Assembly (NCBI GenBank): GCA_958009085.1
Contig: OY253669.1
Coordinates: forward strand, 1,550,001-1,614,000
Reading direction: 5' to 3'
Length of the DNA stretch: 64,000 nt
From: Protoeuglena noctilucae
Lineage: Eukaryota
Shown: piece after piece, positions 36,081 to 51,963 of the stretch
How positions within the stretch are numbered: the stretch's first letter is position 1
Layout: the number at the start of each line of letters is the position of its first letter
Made by a program: the position numbers and the translations under genes
The notes under the pieces: model-generated
The model's database searches: none
Seen by the model: the letters and a program-made list of their open reading frames with translations, nothing else
Told to the model about the DNA's origin: nothing

Positions 36081-37821
36081 TCAGATGCTCCCCAGCAGCC
36101 CCTTCCGCTTCTGCGACACCTGCGCCTGCGCCTGAGCCTGCGAACAGCTCAAGAACAGTCGCATGTACCTGCCATAAAGTGTGTGCAGCAACTGCGCATG
36201 GCTCACCGCCCTACCAGCCCCAGCGCCCTCACCTGCGCGCGGGCCCTCTCCTTGAATGCCGTCGGAAGGTCCTTGCCCCGGTACACGCGCGCCGTCTCGC
36301 GGACGTCCGGGATGTCGCTCTGCACGATCATCTGCAGCACGGGGATCATGTCGAGCAGCTGCGTGTCGTTCGGGTCGCCCTCCCACTTGCGCACGCGGAC
36401 CACGTTGTCCGGTTGCATCTCCCCAGTCTTCTCGTCCCACGTCATGTACAGCACCTGCCGAAGGTCCCTGCGAGACGGTGGACAAAGCCCTGATGTCCCA
36501 GGCCGTCTCGTCGCGCAGCGCCCCGTCACCGCAACAGCACCAAGTGAGCGAAATGCGCCCCACACGGGACTGCCCGCTTGCCCATACTTCCCACCCCACC
36601 CATCCACATCCGCAGCCCCACCCCTCGCACGCCCTCGCACCTGTTGAGGCGGGACAGGTCCCGAACGTGCGTACCCTGCTTGAAGATGCCCCCGGTGTAC
36701 AGCGTGCTGTCCCGGTAGAGCCGGAAGGCCACGTACTTGCGCCCCGGGTCCAGGCTCTCCATCACTGGCTCCGCCGTGAGGTGGTCCTGGTCCGTGTACA
36801 GCACCACCTCCCACCCGAGGTTCCACGCCGCGCTCAGGAACTCCTGCACCCCCGGACGCTTGAATGTAATCCATCCGCGGTCGCGGCGGTACTCTGCGGT
36901 GCGGCGGACGGTCGCGGCGGTGAACTGCATCATTGCCGTTGCGGATGCAGCACACGGCCCCTGCGCCCCGCGCGCCGCGCACCCGAGTGCACGATGGTAT
37001 CCTCGAAGTCAATTACCAGCGTCCGGATGTACCGAATCATGTTCGGAGGGTAGAGGACCTCGGTGGCTGGGAGCAACTGGTCGGACGTCGGGTTCGAGTA
37101 GGTCGCCATCGTCTCGTCGACCGACCTCCGAGCGCGAAGGTACTGCGCGCGACTCCAGCAGCGGATCAGTTCCCATCCCTGAGCGGCGCGGGGGCGGGCG
37201 CGGGCGGCTCCCGCGCTGCACGCAGGCGGGCGGCCCACCTGCTCCCCGACCGTGTCCGCGAGCATCGCCATCGCGCCGCCCTGCTCCCGCCATTTCTCCA
37301 CAACGCTCTCGCATTCCTTGGTCGTGTAGTTCACCGCCAAGTAGGTTGCGAAGGCACCCCCGCCGAAAATCGACAAAAGGATGGCATCCCTGCGACCCAC
37401 AGCGTCGCGTCGCCTCTCTCGAGCATCCGGCCATGCAGATCGCTGCGGGTGAATCCATGGAACCGCGGCATGCCTCTCACCGGGCGAAACCCAGCGCCCT
37501 GCCGATCTTGGTGTCCTTCAGGACGTCCCCCGTTAAGGCCGCGTCCTTGACGTGCGGGGCCTCCAATGCAAAGCGTCGCCACGCCGGCTTTGAAGGATCA
37601 TGACCCCTCCATCCCCTCGTCCACGCAGATGTGGAAGGCGCCCCCGCCTGGCTTGCGGCGGTGCCCCCCACGGCCCCGCAGGCCTCCCGAGTCGCCCTGG
37701 CCTGCGCCGCCAGCGATGACGCGGCCCTCCCGACCCCTTGCTCTCCAATAGAAACGAGCTCCGCGACGCCGGCCCCGGCTGCTTGCCACAGCTGGGCGGC
37801 GCCCAGCACTGCCCGACGCAT
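36081..37821 (-). CDS. TIM50: Mitochondrial inner-membrane translocase subunit TIM50 (NIF/FCP1-like domain)
   Basis: Presequence and one TM segment, then PTSDQLLP, RTLVIDFEDTIVHS|EYRRDRGWITFKRPG, HVRDLSRLN|RDLRQV, QPDN, WEGDPNDTQLLD and DVR. Confidence 0.9.
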
Positions 37822-38068
37822 TCCCTCCCCTCCCGCAGCAGAGCGAGGAAAAGCCGACTGGCGGCCACTCGACAGGGGCCACGTCGCGTGTGTGGGCCGA
37901 ACGGATCGGTGCCGCCCCCATCGACGCGCGCGGCCGGTTGTTTCACCCTTGTGCCAGCGACACGAGAGGGGAATGCCCAGGGACGCCGCTCAGCGCTGCA
38001 AACGGAAAGTGAGCCACTTCTACGCAACGCTTTGACTAAATTATCTTCATAGGTGGTCTTAGGCCCCT

Positions 38069-40998
38069 CTAGGACGCGGCGTTGAGGCGATCGGCACTGG
38101 CGTCGACTGGATACAGACAAAGTTTGTCTCTCTGGGTCAAGTACGCGTACCCATACAGCTCCCAGTTGCACACGTGCATGTGCCACGGCGGCTCGAGCTG
38201 CGGGTGGGCGTGAGGCCCCAGCATGAGGAGGCGGAAGTGGCGGAAGGGCATGCGGCTCGCTGCGCCCGTGACAGGGAACGACGCGAACTGCCCCTTGACG
38301 CAGATGGTCCCGTCGTCCACGTGCTGCCGCAGCGTCGTCCAAACGACGCGGTCGTTCGAGCCCTGGAGGCACCAGCTCCGCAGATACCCGTCGGACTCGT
38401 CGTGCCTGCGGGAGAAACCACAAGAGGGCCCCATCATCCCTCGCACCCTCACACCCTTACATGGGAAGGTCTCACTCATCATGAGCAACAGGCGAGCAAT
38501 TGGTACAACAGGTCGCCGCTGGTCACCGTATCGTGTAGCAGTTGCACGCCAGCCGCGTGTTCTGCCCCAGGTCCAGCGCCCACCACGTCTCGCTGCTGCC
38601 GCCCACCACCCGCGGCCCCGCCGACAGCTGCCGAGCGAAGTTCCTGCTCACGAGCGCCTTGTAGTCCGTCAGCCGCGACTGGGGCGACGACGCCGACACC
38701 GCAATGCGCCCCGTCACGGCCGGGTTGATGAAAGGCCCACGGCCGCAGGAGGTGCCCAGGAACGCCACCACTCCATTCATGTCCCCTGCGGACAGCCGAA
38801 GCCGGCGAACCTCGCTGCAGGCCACGGGCATGGGCGTGCGCGGGGCGCGGGACGTGCGAAGAAAGCGGCACGACCGTCGCGAAGCTCACCGTCGTGGATG
38901 TATAACAGCTCCACCATGCCGGGCAGCAGCCGCTTGCGGCGCCGCAGCGCCGACGGCTTGTCGGGATCGTCGTCCACCTCAACCATCCAAGGGCCTTGCC
39001 GGGCACCCTCCCGCACTGGCGCGCCCGCCAGCACCGCTGCGTCTCTGCCGGACGTGCCAGCTGTCGCCGTCCTATCGCGGGACTCCCCTGCACCCGGCCC
39101 ACCCGCAGCCATCCCACTGGACCCCACACCGCAGCCTGGAGAGGCGACTCCCCCCAATGACGCCGTGCCTGCACAGTCGGCACCTGCCTCAGCGAGCAAG
39201 TCGCGGAGGGCCGCGGAGACTTGTGCCAGCGGCGACGCCGCGAGGCTCTGGAGCTCTGCTTCGTCCATCTGAGGGAACCTGACGTACTGCAATGCCGCCG
39301 TCACTTCAGCCTCGGGCCGCGCGAACGCGGGGCCCTCCGCTCCGCCACACGCCCACTGCGCGCACGAAACGACGAACGGGGTGAGGGTCGGCATGTGTAG
39401 CAGAGGGTGACGGCGGCTTGGGCGGCGCGGGAGGCGTGGCGAGCTCACCACCACCACCGCCCAAAAGACGCCCATCTCGGGGCACGTGACGTCCGGATGG
39501 CGCAGCACGTGAAGCACGACGTCGGAGGGCAGGGCGGCCCACCCGACGGGGTCCTCCGCGACGACCTGCGGGTGTGCACACTACGGCCACCCTCGCATGG
39601 AGCGGGGACAGGCACTGCGGCCACGCTTGCAAGGGTTGGCAGGCGCCCGATAGATTGAACGTGCACATGGCGTAGGTTTGGCGGGCTCGCCTGGGGGAGG
39701 TAGGTGGCGGCAAACGTGCTGAGGCTGGAGAGGAGGCTCTGGGTGACGGGGAGCATCGCTGCCGCCACATCGAGGATGCCAGCCACGGTGGCCGGGGATA
39801 CGTGCTGCGGGCGAGGGAAGTATGATTGATGAACGAAGACGCAGCTGGTTGGCAGGATGACCCTGCGTCGGGTGCTGGGAGCTGGGTGGTGTGGGCACAA
39901 TGCTGTGCCCCAGCACGTCTCGGTGCAAGCCCAGGGACTCATCGAGCTCGCGTGCGCTTGCCTTGGCGATAGACCGCGCCGCCAGATCGAAGAGCGAGTG
40001 CGGTCCGGCTTCCCCGTGAGCGAGGCTGGCGCGCACCCCACCGGTGGGCGCGGAGGGGTGGAACCGGATGCGTTTGAAGGCCATGTGAGAGTCCCACGCA
40101 GCCAGCCCGCAGCTCCGAAGGCCTGCGCGTATGCACAGCCGCAGGTCGCTGCGCTGCGGGTGCCTGCAGCGCTGCAGCGGGCCTGCAAGGGTGTGGCTCA
40201 CCTTGCAATGGCTCGGGGTCCCGATAAACACAGAGGGCTTCGGCGTCGTTCGAGTCCGGGCGCCCTATTCCCACCGCAAGCGTCCCGGCCTCCAAGGAAA
40301 CCCAATAGCTCTTGAAGCACGCGGGGCTCAGCTTGTCTGCCTCACGACGCCAGGGCACGCTCAGGGTGTCCCGCCCGTTCCGCTCAATCTTGATGCGAGA
40401 GTTCCTGCGAACGGTCGCGAACGAGGACGACAGTGGATTACATGCTCACAAAGAGCGCGGACGTCTCCAGGCCGCCGCAGCGACGCCCGGCTGGCGGGTG
40501 AAGCAACGCTCGTGTTTTCCCACCTGTGGCTCCCGATGACGACCAGATAGCCCGGCTCCGTAGACACAGCCCCGCAGGATTCGTCGAATGACGCACTCTC
40601 GAAGGTCGCGGCAGCCGCTGCTCTGAAGACGTGCTCGTACTCAGGCCGCGCGGGGCCGGCCCCGCGCGAGGGGCTCGTCTTCTGCAGCTCCTGCGCCGGA
40701 ACCCGCACCGACACGGAAATCGCTGAACGACTCAAGTAACTTCCCGATGACAGCACGAGGTCCCCGGTCGGGATCTCGCACAGCGCGTGGTTGGGCTACC
40801 AACTGCACTGCGGCCGCCCCTCCGCGCCCTCGCCTGCCATCGCTTCGACCCTGGCTCCGGCTTGAAAAGCACGCATGCGTCCGTGTCTGTCTTGACATCG
40901 AAGGAGAGGCAGAAGCGCCCCTGCTGGTTGTCCTGGGAGAGCCACACCGCTTGCATGGGCGGGACGACGACGATGGAGTTGGACTGGTACTGCAGCAT
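38069..40998 (-). CDS. Protein with a farnesoic-acid-O-methyltransferase-like beta domain, BACK-like helices and a C-terminal galactose-binding/discoidin-like domain
   Basis: N-terminus YLVVIGSHR|NSRIKIE and FKSYWVS..G.LAVG.G. Middle VLRHPDVTCPEMGVFWAV..W and LQYVRFPQM. C-terminus YIHDG|DMNGVVAFLGT, WWALDLG..RLACNCYTIR, LRSWCLQGS..W..LRQH and ELYG. Confidence 0.75.
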
Positions 40999-41251
40999 CG
41001 TTCCTCCCACGCAACTCTTCCTCAGTTATCAATCCAAAGGGTCTCTCTTCATTGAACCACGCTACTAGCGACGCGAGCATATGCACGCATCGCTGGCCGC
41101 TAAACAGCTCGCAATCGCGAGTTCTCACGACTCCGGACTGTGCACTTCAACGTCTCTGCCGCTCTGCCGGACGGCTATGCCCTAGAAGGAGGCGACAGCC
41201 GTCGCACAGTGTCAGTGGAGTGCCAGCGACACAGAGGAGCAGGCAATCGAC

Positions 41252-43993
<2,742 letters not shown>

Positions 43994-44146
43994 GGTGCCG
44001 CGCGGGAAAAGGGGACCGGACGGGGGGACCCGCAGTCGACACAGTCGTTCCAGCGCCTTCAACCCGTCCAATGAAGGCGCGTTGTGGTGCGATTGCAAGC
44101 GTGCCGCCCGCGGAGCGCTAGAGATCGACCGTCAGACCTGGCGGTG

Positions 44147-46746
44147 TCACCGCTGGATGTCCTGCAGCTTGCGAATCAGGTCCTGGATGGAGTCCTGCGG
44201 TGGCTCCTGAGACGCAGCTGGCCGTGCGGGAACTGCGCTCGACGCGCTGTCCGTCTGCAGGGGCGCACGGCAGGGGAACGGGTCAGAGACTCGCAGCCAC
44301 GCTTTCCACGAGCAGCAGCGGGAACCAAGGCCCCTACCAGTCACCTGGAACACCCCGTCTATGCTGGTGCTCACGACGCTCTCCCAAAAAGCCTGCTTCT
44401 GCCGCCGCGTGCCCGGGCTCCCTGCTGCAGGCGCACCCTGCTCCCCGCTCGTGCGCAGGGTCGGCTCCCGGCCCCAGGTTTCGGCCAGCGGCCTCCCCGG
44501 CGACCCGACTCCGCCGCCGCGCGTCGAAGGCCCGGCGTCAGGCACATCCTTCCCTGCATCCGCGCCCTCCAGCACCTCGATGCCCCAAACATTCGAGGTA
44601 TGCAGCGGTGCCTCCGCGGCCCCTGCGGACGCGACTCGATTGGAAATGAGAGGACGCAGATCCTGTGTCCTTGCTGCTAGACACCATCGCACGCCCACCT
44701 TGGTTTTGGCTTGGTGCGGCGCCCACACCAGCGCCACGGTTCTTAGACCCCCCCTTGGCCGCCTCCCTCGCTTGGGCCGCGCGGCACTCCTCGCTGCGGC
44801 ACTCGGGGTTCGGCCGGCACTCCACGTGGGAGGAGAAGTCGGAGAGCGAGGCATAGGTCCAGCAGGAGGCGACGGACCCGAACCCTAGGAGAAACTTGAG
44901 AGCATTCTGGGCCAGCACACCGGCAATGATGCCCATGGTCGTCGGCAGCGACGCAGCGCACACGCCCTCGCGGCGGATCTTCGACTCGTCCATCCCTGTG
45001 GCCAGCAGAGGAGCCACGCGGGCTAGCACAGCTGACGCCCGCAAGGCGATGCACCGACCCACGCTATGCAGGCCTCACCGGTGGCCACGGCGAGAGGCGG
45101 CATGCACTCGTAGCAGGCGGTGCGGCCGGGCAGCATGTGCTGGACGTGCCCACTGAGGGCGTCCTCAGAGACTCCGCTCTCGAGCCAGGGAAGGCCCAGC
45201 CGCAGGCACGCCCGGTTGACCGTGATGCGGGCAGTGTAGTTGTCCACGCAGCAGAGGACGAGGTCCACGGCTTGCCCGTCCGACAGCGCGTCGCCCCCAT
45301 CTACCACCCCTCCTCGAGACGACAGGGTGGCTTCGAGGCGACTCGCACCCTCCACTGCAGACGCAGGGGGCGGGTCAGGGTCTCTTGCCTCAGGCACTCA
45401 CAATACCGTGGCTGGCTGCGTAAGCGTAGCTGTTTGCCTTGGCACTCCAGCGTTGCCTCACCCGTGGTGACGTCCATGTAGTACGATGTCACGGCCACGT
45501 CCGGGTTAATGCTCTGCAGCACGTCCTGGGCCGCTCGCGTCTTGGGGAGGCCCACGTGCTCGGGGCGGAAGAAAAGGCGGTTCATGTTGGCCATCTCGAC
45601 CCTGTCGCAATCGTACAGCAGCAGCTCCCCGACTCCACACCGCGTCAGCATCTCTGCCGCCACGCTGCCCACGCCGCCCACGCCCACCACCGCGACTCTC
45701 TGCGAGGCATGGGGATGCTGACGACAGCTCAAACCACCTGCGATATATGTACATCAACGAAGCGACACCGATGGTGTTGCCTGTCCATGGCCCCACCAAG
45801 TCACCCACCTTGTCACGGATGTCCTCGTAGTTGGGTACAACCCCCATGATCTTGAGGGCCATGAGCCGGCTGTATGGATTGTCGGATGACACTTCCGATG
45901 GCATCTTCGTCGTCACCCATCGCTGCGGGGAGCGTCGCCCGCCAATCAGCACCCACCAGTTGCGCCAGCGGCTCAATCAGTGGCAGCCCTGGGCTCACCG
46001 GGGCGGGCAGGCCCTGCCTCGAGGATCCGGGAGACGACACGTCGTCACCGGTCAAGGAGGGGGCGGACGAAGCTGCATGACTCCCGGCCGCAGCACGTCT
46101 CACGCGCTCTGTTATGTGCTCCACCTGGCCCTTCAGCGCCGCCACTGCCTCCCCGACGTACCCAGGCGCCAGCCGCCGCAGCTGTGACGCTGCGAGAGCC
46201 GCGAGGAGATGCGTCCGCCGAGGCTGGTCTGCGTTTCAGGGTCCCCATGACGAGCACCCGCGCTCTCACCCAGCAGCATCAGCTCCCTCTGCAGGTCCCC
46301 AGCTATGTACGTGTCGCCCTCTTTCGCAGCGGACGCCCTTGTTACCTTTCGTCGCGGTCCCACGCTCTCACGCAGCGCGCGCCCCGTCCCGTCGCCCTGC
46401 GTGCGCTGCGAAGCCCATCGCAGGTTTGCCTCCAGCCGGCATCGCACAGTCACGTCCATCCCCGTCGATTCTCCTACCTGATCCACAAGCGAGGTGCTGC
46501 GTGCGCGGCCACAGGACGGCGCTGCGGTGCTCTGGGCCGACGCGTACCCCACGGATCGTGGAGCGGCCTGGGGGCAGGAGTTCAGGAGGCCATTCGCGCG
46601 AGCCGATCGCAGCGATGTACTTGGCATCGCAACAGGTGCAGCAAGGGCCTCACAGTGCTCGTCGAGGCGGCGCCCCGGTCGGCCTCGGCGCTGCGGAGCT
46701 CGCTCTCGCGCTTCTGCGCCATGAGGTGCCGCTGCCTGTACGACAT
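44147..46746 (-). CDS. UBA5: UFM1-activating enzyme UBA5, with an apparent N-terminal extension
   Basis: [78 protein letters not shown] and a terminal [13 protein letters not shown] helix. The start is uncertain. Confidence 0.93.
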
Positions 46747-47440
46747 GTTGATGGCGCGTGATTCAGTTGGCAGAAAGGTTTGCTGGCCGGCACTCCATCA
46801 CGGCCCCCGGCGCCCCCGTTGTCGAGGATTTACGAATGCGCCGATGCTTTTCGCCACCCCGTGCGTCAGCCAGCGCCGATGAGATGGCTCCCCATTCCCC
46901 GCGTGCTAGCGCGTCTGAAGATAACTGTGAACGCGCGGGCACAATACATCGGCGCCGAATTCGAGTTGGTGTCAGCGATTTCGCCAGTCTCCCGTCCTCA
47001 CCTCGTCTTGGCGCGGGGTGGAGCATTCAGCCTCTCCAATTGTGACGTCTCCTGCCAGTGCATTATCGGCAGGAGATCCGTGAGATGTGAGTGACCATGG
47101 CAGCGGCCAGGGAGACAAACAGGAGACGCAAGCCCCCATCCAAGGCAGGTCGCGCTGCTCAGGCAGGAGCCGCCCGAGTAGAATGTGTTAATGCGAGGAG
47201 ATGCGTGTCCTGCGCACGCATGCAACTGGCTCAGCGCCTGAACATCACGCGCAGAGATGGGGGTTTCGCCGCATCATGCGGCTTCTCATCTATGTGGTAC
47301 TCGCATGCGGCGGCGCGCTGGCACACCTTTACGTGGTGAGGGCCGCGAGAAGACAATGTTGTTGCACGTTCATTAGCTGAGCTGAACTTAGCTGAGAGCC
47401 AGGACATCCACTGACCGCTGACCCATCTCCACGCAGAGCT

Positions 47441-50400
47441 ATGGGGAGGACGCGCTGTGGGGACTGGCGGACGCGGTCGTCACTGCAATCGGGGCTGGTG
47501 AGTACCCGCAGCGGGCGGCGGGCGGCTTGCGCCTTCACTGCATCGGCGTGGGCGTGCATCACCATCCCACCAGCACCGGCCACCGCAGGGACTCACCGCA
47601 TCCCCGGCTGCCTGCGGTTCCTCGACGGGCCCCGGATGACAGAATTGGGGATATTCCGGGGTAAATATCGTGACGAGATGCTGTGGGGCACGTACCGACC
47701 CGCCAGCTTCCTGGGCCTGCGCACGCGTGTCCATCGTGGGATGGTGGCGGGGCTGATGTGGTTCAGCGCGTCGCGGTGAGGAGGCATGAGCGTTTCAGAG
47801 CGCTAGCACCGAGCTCTACATGTGCACGTGGGGCCACACCCACCGGCACTGCGTCTCGTACGCAGCACACCCGCGGAGCAGTTTGCCACGCTGCGGCACA
47901 GCGTCAGTGACGCGCCGGATGCCCATTACACGTGGACTTGCCACGACGGCTCGACGCTCGGCGAGCAGACGATCGTGGATGGCGACTTAACCTTGCACAC
48001 GACGTTCGTCAAACGACCCAGCCTCTCTGCTGGCCCCGGGTGCGGCTGCTACATCGGCATGCACCCTCGTTGCACTTTCACTGAGAGCTTGGGACTGGCT
48101 GGACTGGGCTGCGCGTGGTGTGGAGGCTAGCAGCATTCGCAGGCGCGCCAGCACAAGCACAGGTCCACTACAAGCAACCGGCCTCGCTGCCGCAGGGGTG
48201 ACTGGGCGGTGCGCGTGCGGGCGGAGAGTTCTGGGACCGGCCGAGATGCCGAGGGAGGCTACCCTGGCCCCGTGTCGCTGCTGTTCTACGTGATGGTCGA
48301 GATGGAGGGCAAGAAGCTGCCGGAGGGAGAGGGGCTGACGGTGGTGCCCTGGGGCAAACCCAGGGTGGACGGGGACGTGGTCATGTCGGGGCTAGGCCCG
48401 GACGTGGGCTCGTGGGACTTGCACGTGTTTGCCGGGGCCGACACGCTGCCCTCGCTGCGGTACGCGGGAGGCTTGATGGCAGAGGAGGTGGACGTCGCAG
48501 GGCTGACGGCCATGACGATGCTGACGCGGCAGAAAGAGGCACTCGCCGAGACCGGTGAGTGGTTTGCGGGAGAAGGTGCTGTGGGTTGTGCTGTGCTGTG
48601 CATCGGCTCTTCAGTTGCTTCAGCCACGAAGCTTGCTTAGAAGAAGAAGTTGCTAGATCAGACGGGATGCGCATTGAGGAGACAAGGCTTTGCTTGCGTT
48701 ATGACGCATGCGCCTGTTGATGGCTCGCAGGTGTGGAGCCCCCCGTGCTGCTCCTGCCGGACACGGGCGACGTGGAGGGGGTGAACTACGGGGTCGTGCA
48801 GCTGATCGTGCCGCTGGGCGTCGACGTCGATTTGGTGTTCCTGTCCCACGGCTGGGTCGGCAAGGGTGCAGGCGCCAAGGGCAAGAGGGCCGCGTGGGCC
48901 CAGGACCTGGAGTGGAGGGGCGCAGCGCTGGAGGTGAGACCGAGCCGAGCGCCGCTCCTGCGCATTCGGACGTGACCTGGCGCTCTGACGTGCTTGGTAA
49001 ACCACTGGACTTGCAAATTCGCTCGTCCACTCGGCGCAGCATGAGGATGCCGACTTGCGGCTTGCGCAACTGTCGAGAGAAGGACTGTCCCGGCGTATTG
49101 GGGAGCTACGAGAAGCATTCGATGCGCGGTTCGACGAGACCTTCCTCACAGCCGGAAGAGATGCTATCGGTGCGTCCATGCAACAGGCGCGGCGTCCTGG
49201 CCATTGACACTTCCCTGACTGCCTCTTCGCAAGTCGCAAAGCATTCTACCTTTGGCTGCTCCCTGCAGGTGCCGAGGCATCGGAAGCGGCACGGGTGGCC
49301 GTCGCCAACCTCCTCAGCAGCCTGAGCTATGCGGCAGGGAGCCTCCGGGTGCGCCTGCCAGCGTCCGGTCCCGACAGCGGCTACCTCAGGCGGCACGTCA
49401 TGCGCCAGGTACGGTCATCTGCAATGCTCAGCAGCCATCCTGCACGCCCATGCTCTGCCGTTCCCTCGCACGGCCCTCACAGCTGCTGTCGTGATGACAT
49501 TATCCGTGTCACCCGCAGTGCAACCTAGCCAAGGACCTGCGGGGCCGATTCCCCCACGACTGCGCCAACGCGACCGCGCGTGGCGTCCAGGGGAGCTGGG
49601 CGGTGCTGCTCTCTGAGCTGGTCGGGGAGACGGACCCTCGCCCCGCCTTCGGTGCCGTCCTGGACCGCCGAGTTGCCCCCTGGGGCGTCGCCCCGGACCA
49701 AGCGGCGTCTCTGCTCGTGCTGGTCAGGTGAGGGCAGCGTGCAGGTCATGGGGTGCCCATCACCTGTGCAGCGTGCCGACAGACGGCTTCGCTGCTTTGG
49801 GCAACGCGGCAGCGGTCATGAGGCGTGTGTGTAGACTATAGACTGTCCTGCGCGGTGCGGTGAGGTGCAGATGGGACGCGAACATGGCGCGGGACGTCCT
49901 GGCGCACTGGTTGGACTTCGTCACGGCCTCCGGGTGGCTGCCGCGTGACTTGCCCTTGGGAAGCGGGGCACTGGCGAGGACCCAGGGGAAGGGGCGGAGC
50001 GTAGACCAGCCTGCGGTCGGATTCCTGGTCGAGACGGCGCTGTCGAGGCGGCAAGCGGCCGATACGCTTGCCCTGCTCGGGTCGGGTGCCGACGGACAGG
50101 CGAGGGTGCCGGGGCATGAGGGCATCGTGCATCTAGAGATGCGCTGCTGACTCAGTGGCCCATCTGACGGCATCTGAGCTATGGATTCGAGTTATGTGGC
50201 ACCACAAATGCAACGATGCTGGATCTCTCGTGTTAGCCCTTCACTACCAAGCAGGTCTTTGCTAAGGCGTTGGAGCAGAGGTTGGGTGCGTGGAGGGAGG
50301 CGCTGGCGAGACAGGGCGAGGAGAGGCCGGGCGAGGAGCTTCAGGGTTTCGCGGGCTTGCTCGGATGGGCCCGCGCTGTGGCCGAGGGTTCAGCCGGGCT

Positions 50401-50581
50401 GCTGACGCGTTTGGCGACGCGGGGGAGGGTGTCAGGAGACATTGCGCCGATGCCCCTGGCCGAGGCGGAGAGGCTGCTGGGAGAAGAATTGACTGCCCGC
50501 GTGATGCGCGATCAACCCCACTCCGAGGGTGCCCTCCGGACCAGCAATGGGCGTGAGGCATTGGCACTGCTCTTCACTTAG
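47441..50581 (+). CDS. Divergent, C-terminally truncated GH63 mannosyl-oligosaccharide glucosidase I (GCS1/MOGS)-like protein, probably inactive
   Basis: MLWGTYRP..FLGLRTR....AGLMWF, LRH, YTWTCHDG..GEQTIVD..L.T.FVK, GDWAVRV, ANLL and WD..ARDVLAHWLD....GWLPRD..LG. The catalytic-domain motifs are degenerate or absent. Confidence 0.75.
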
Positions 50582-50733
50582 ACAAACTGCACTGCAACGT
50601 AGCCCAATGCGGTGTTCAACTGGCGCCGAGGTCTAGCTTCGCACGTCGCCCGTCATAGCCCCTCCCGCTTGCCCCATTCTGCAATGCTTGATGGGCGTCT
50701 CGGAGGCGACCAGGAGTGCCTGGGCTGCACCCA

Positions 50734-51571
50734 TCAGCCCGTGATGCCCGGCAGAGCACCCTTCTGCAGAGACGGCACCCTTGTACGATCACAACCATCA
50801 CATAGATGATGGACTCCTCCCCAAGGCCCCTTGCGGCGCTGGTGACCACGAAGCCCTTCTCACCTCGAAGAACGTCTTCCCAAAGGCCACCAAGGCCCCC
50901 AGCAGAGAGAAATAGCTCAGCCCCTCCGCTCCGCCCAGCAGCCCAGCCGGGCCCGGCGGGAGCCCTGCAGGTGCGACAACCGCCGCAGCCTCATCACACC
51001 TAGCCCCAGACCTGTCGGGATGCAGCACGTCTCCTACGAGCCTGCGTCTGCAGCGCCCTCGCGCTCTACAGGCTTGCCTGTCCCGGTGGAGACCTTGGTC
51101 TTGATCGACCATCCCACGATCCCCACCACAGCGAGGTACCCAATGCCCTCCGCGGCCCCGAGGAGCCCGGCGGGGCCCGGGGGAAGGCCTGGGGGCATCG
51201 AGGAGGCGCGAGTCGCGGGTTACAGGTGCGGGTGATGGCGCAAAGTGTTCGTTTAGGTGGTAGCAAAGCAAGTGCGTACCCGAGCCGGTCGTCGCGAGCA
51301 CGTACTCCGACCAGAGGACGATCCCATTCAGCAGGCAGCCCCCTGCTCCGATCGCCCCTTCGACCGCGGAGCTGCTCCCAGCATCGGAGGAGGGCGTCGA
51401 GGCCTTGCCCTTGGATGAGGGCGTCGAAGCCTTGCCCGTCTTCTTGGAGGCGAGGCAGCGCACACTCGCGCGCGTGGGCCGAGCGAGGGTCCTGACCCGC
51501 GTATCCGCGAGCCTGCGGGCGGAATGTCGTTCGCGGCACCATCGATCGAGGGTTGGCACGGCCAAACTCAT
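50734..51571 (-). CDS. Small predicted plastid membrane protein with a duplicated GLPPGPAGLLGxAEG.(S/G)Y motif; function unknown
   Basis: Transit-peptide-like N-terminus. The spliced product is WSEYVLATTGS|GLPPGPAGLLGAAEGIGYLAVVGIVGWSIKTKVSTGT|GLPPGPAGLLGGAEGLSYF..., with last exon KGALPGITG*. Confidence 0.75.
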
Positions 51572-51963
51572 GGTCACAAAACTTCGCCCCCTGTTTTACC
51601 TCACAGAGGCCGCGGCAGTACGCGCTGTCGTCTGCATGGATCACTCAAGCGCGCTCCTGTGAGAACACCGTTGAGTCATCGTCGCGAGGGGCGGAGGACT
51701 GCACACATTCGGGCTGCGCTTGGGGCAAGCCCTACTGGCACAGCCTGAAGCGTAGGCCCGCTGGCTCAACAGATGGTGGAGGGCAGCCAGATTGCCATTG
51801 CACGCGTGCTTACCTCTGGCTCCTCTCTTAGGACAGCGATCAGGGTCCAGGGCCTTAGCGTGTTTTGGCCCGCTGCTGATCAACACGTGGGTTTTCAACA
51901 TCTGCCCATCGTGCTTGCCTTTCAATGAAGCTCTGAGCTGCGGACATCTAGATGCAGCCGGAC

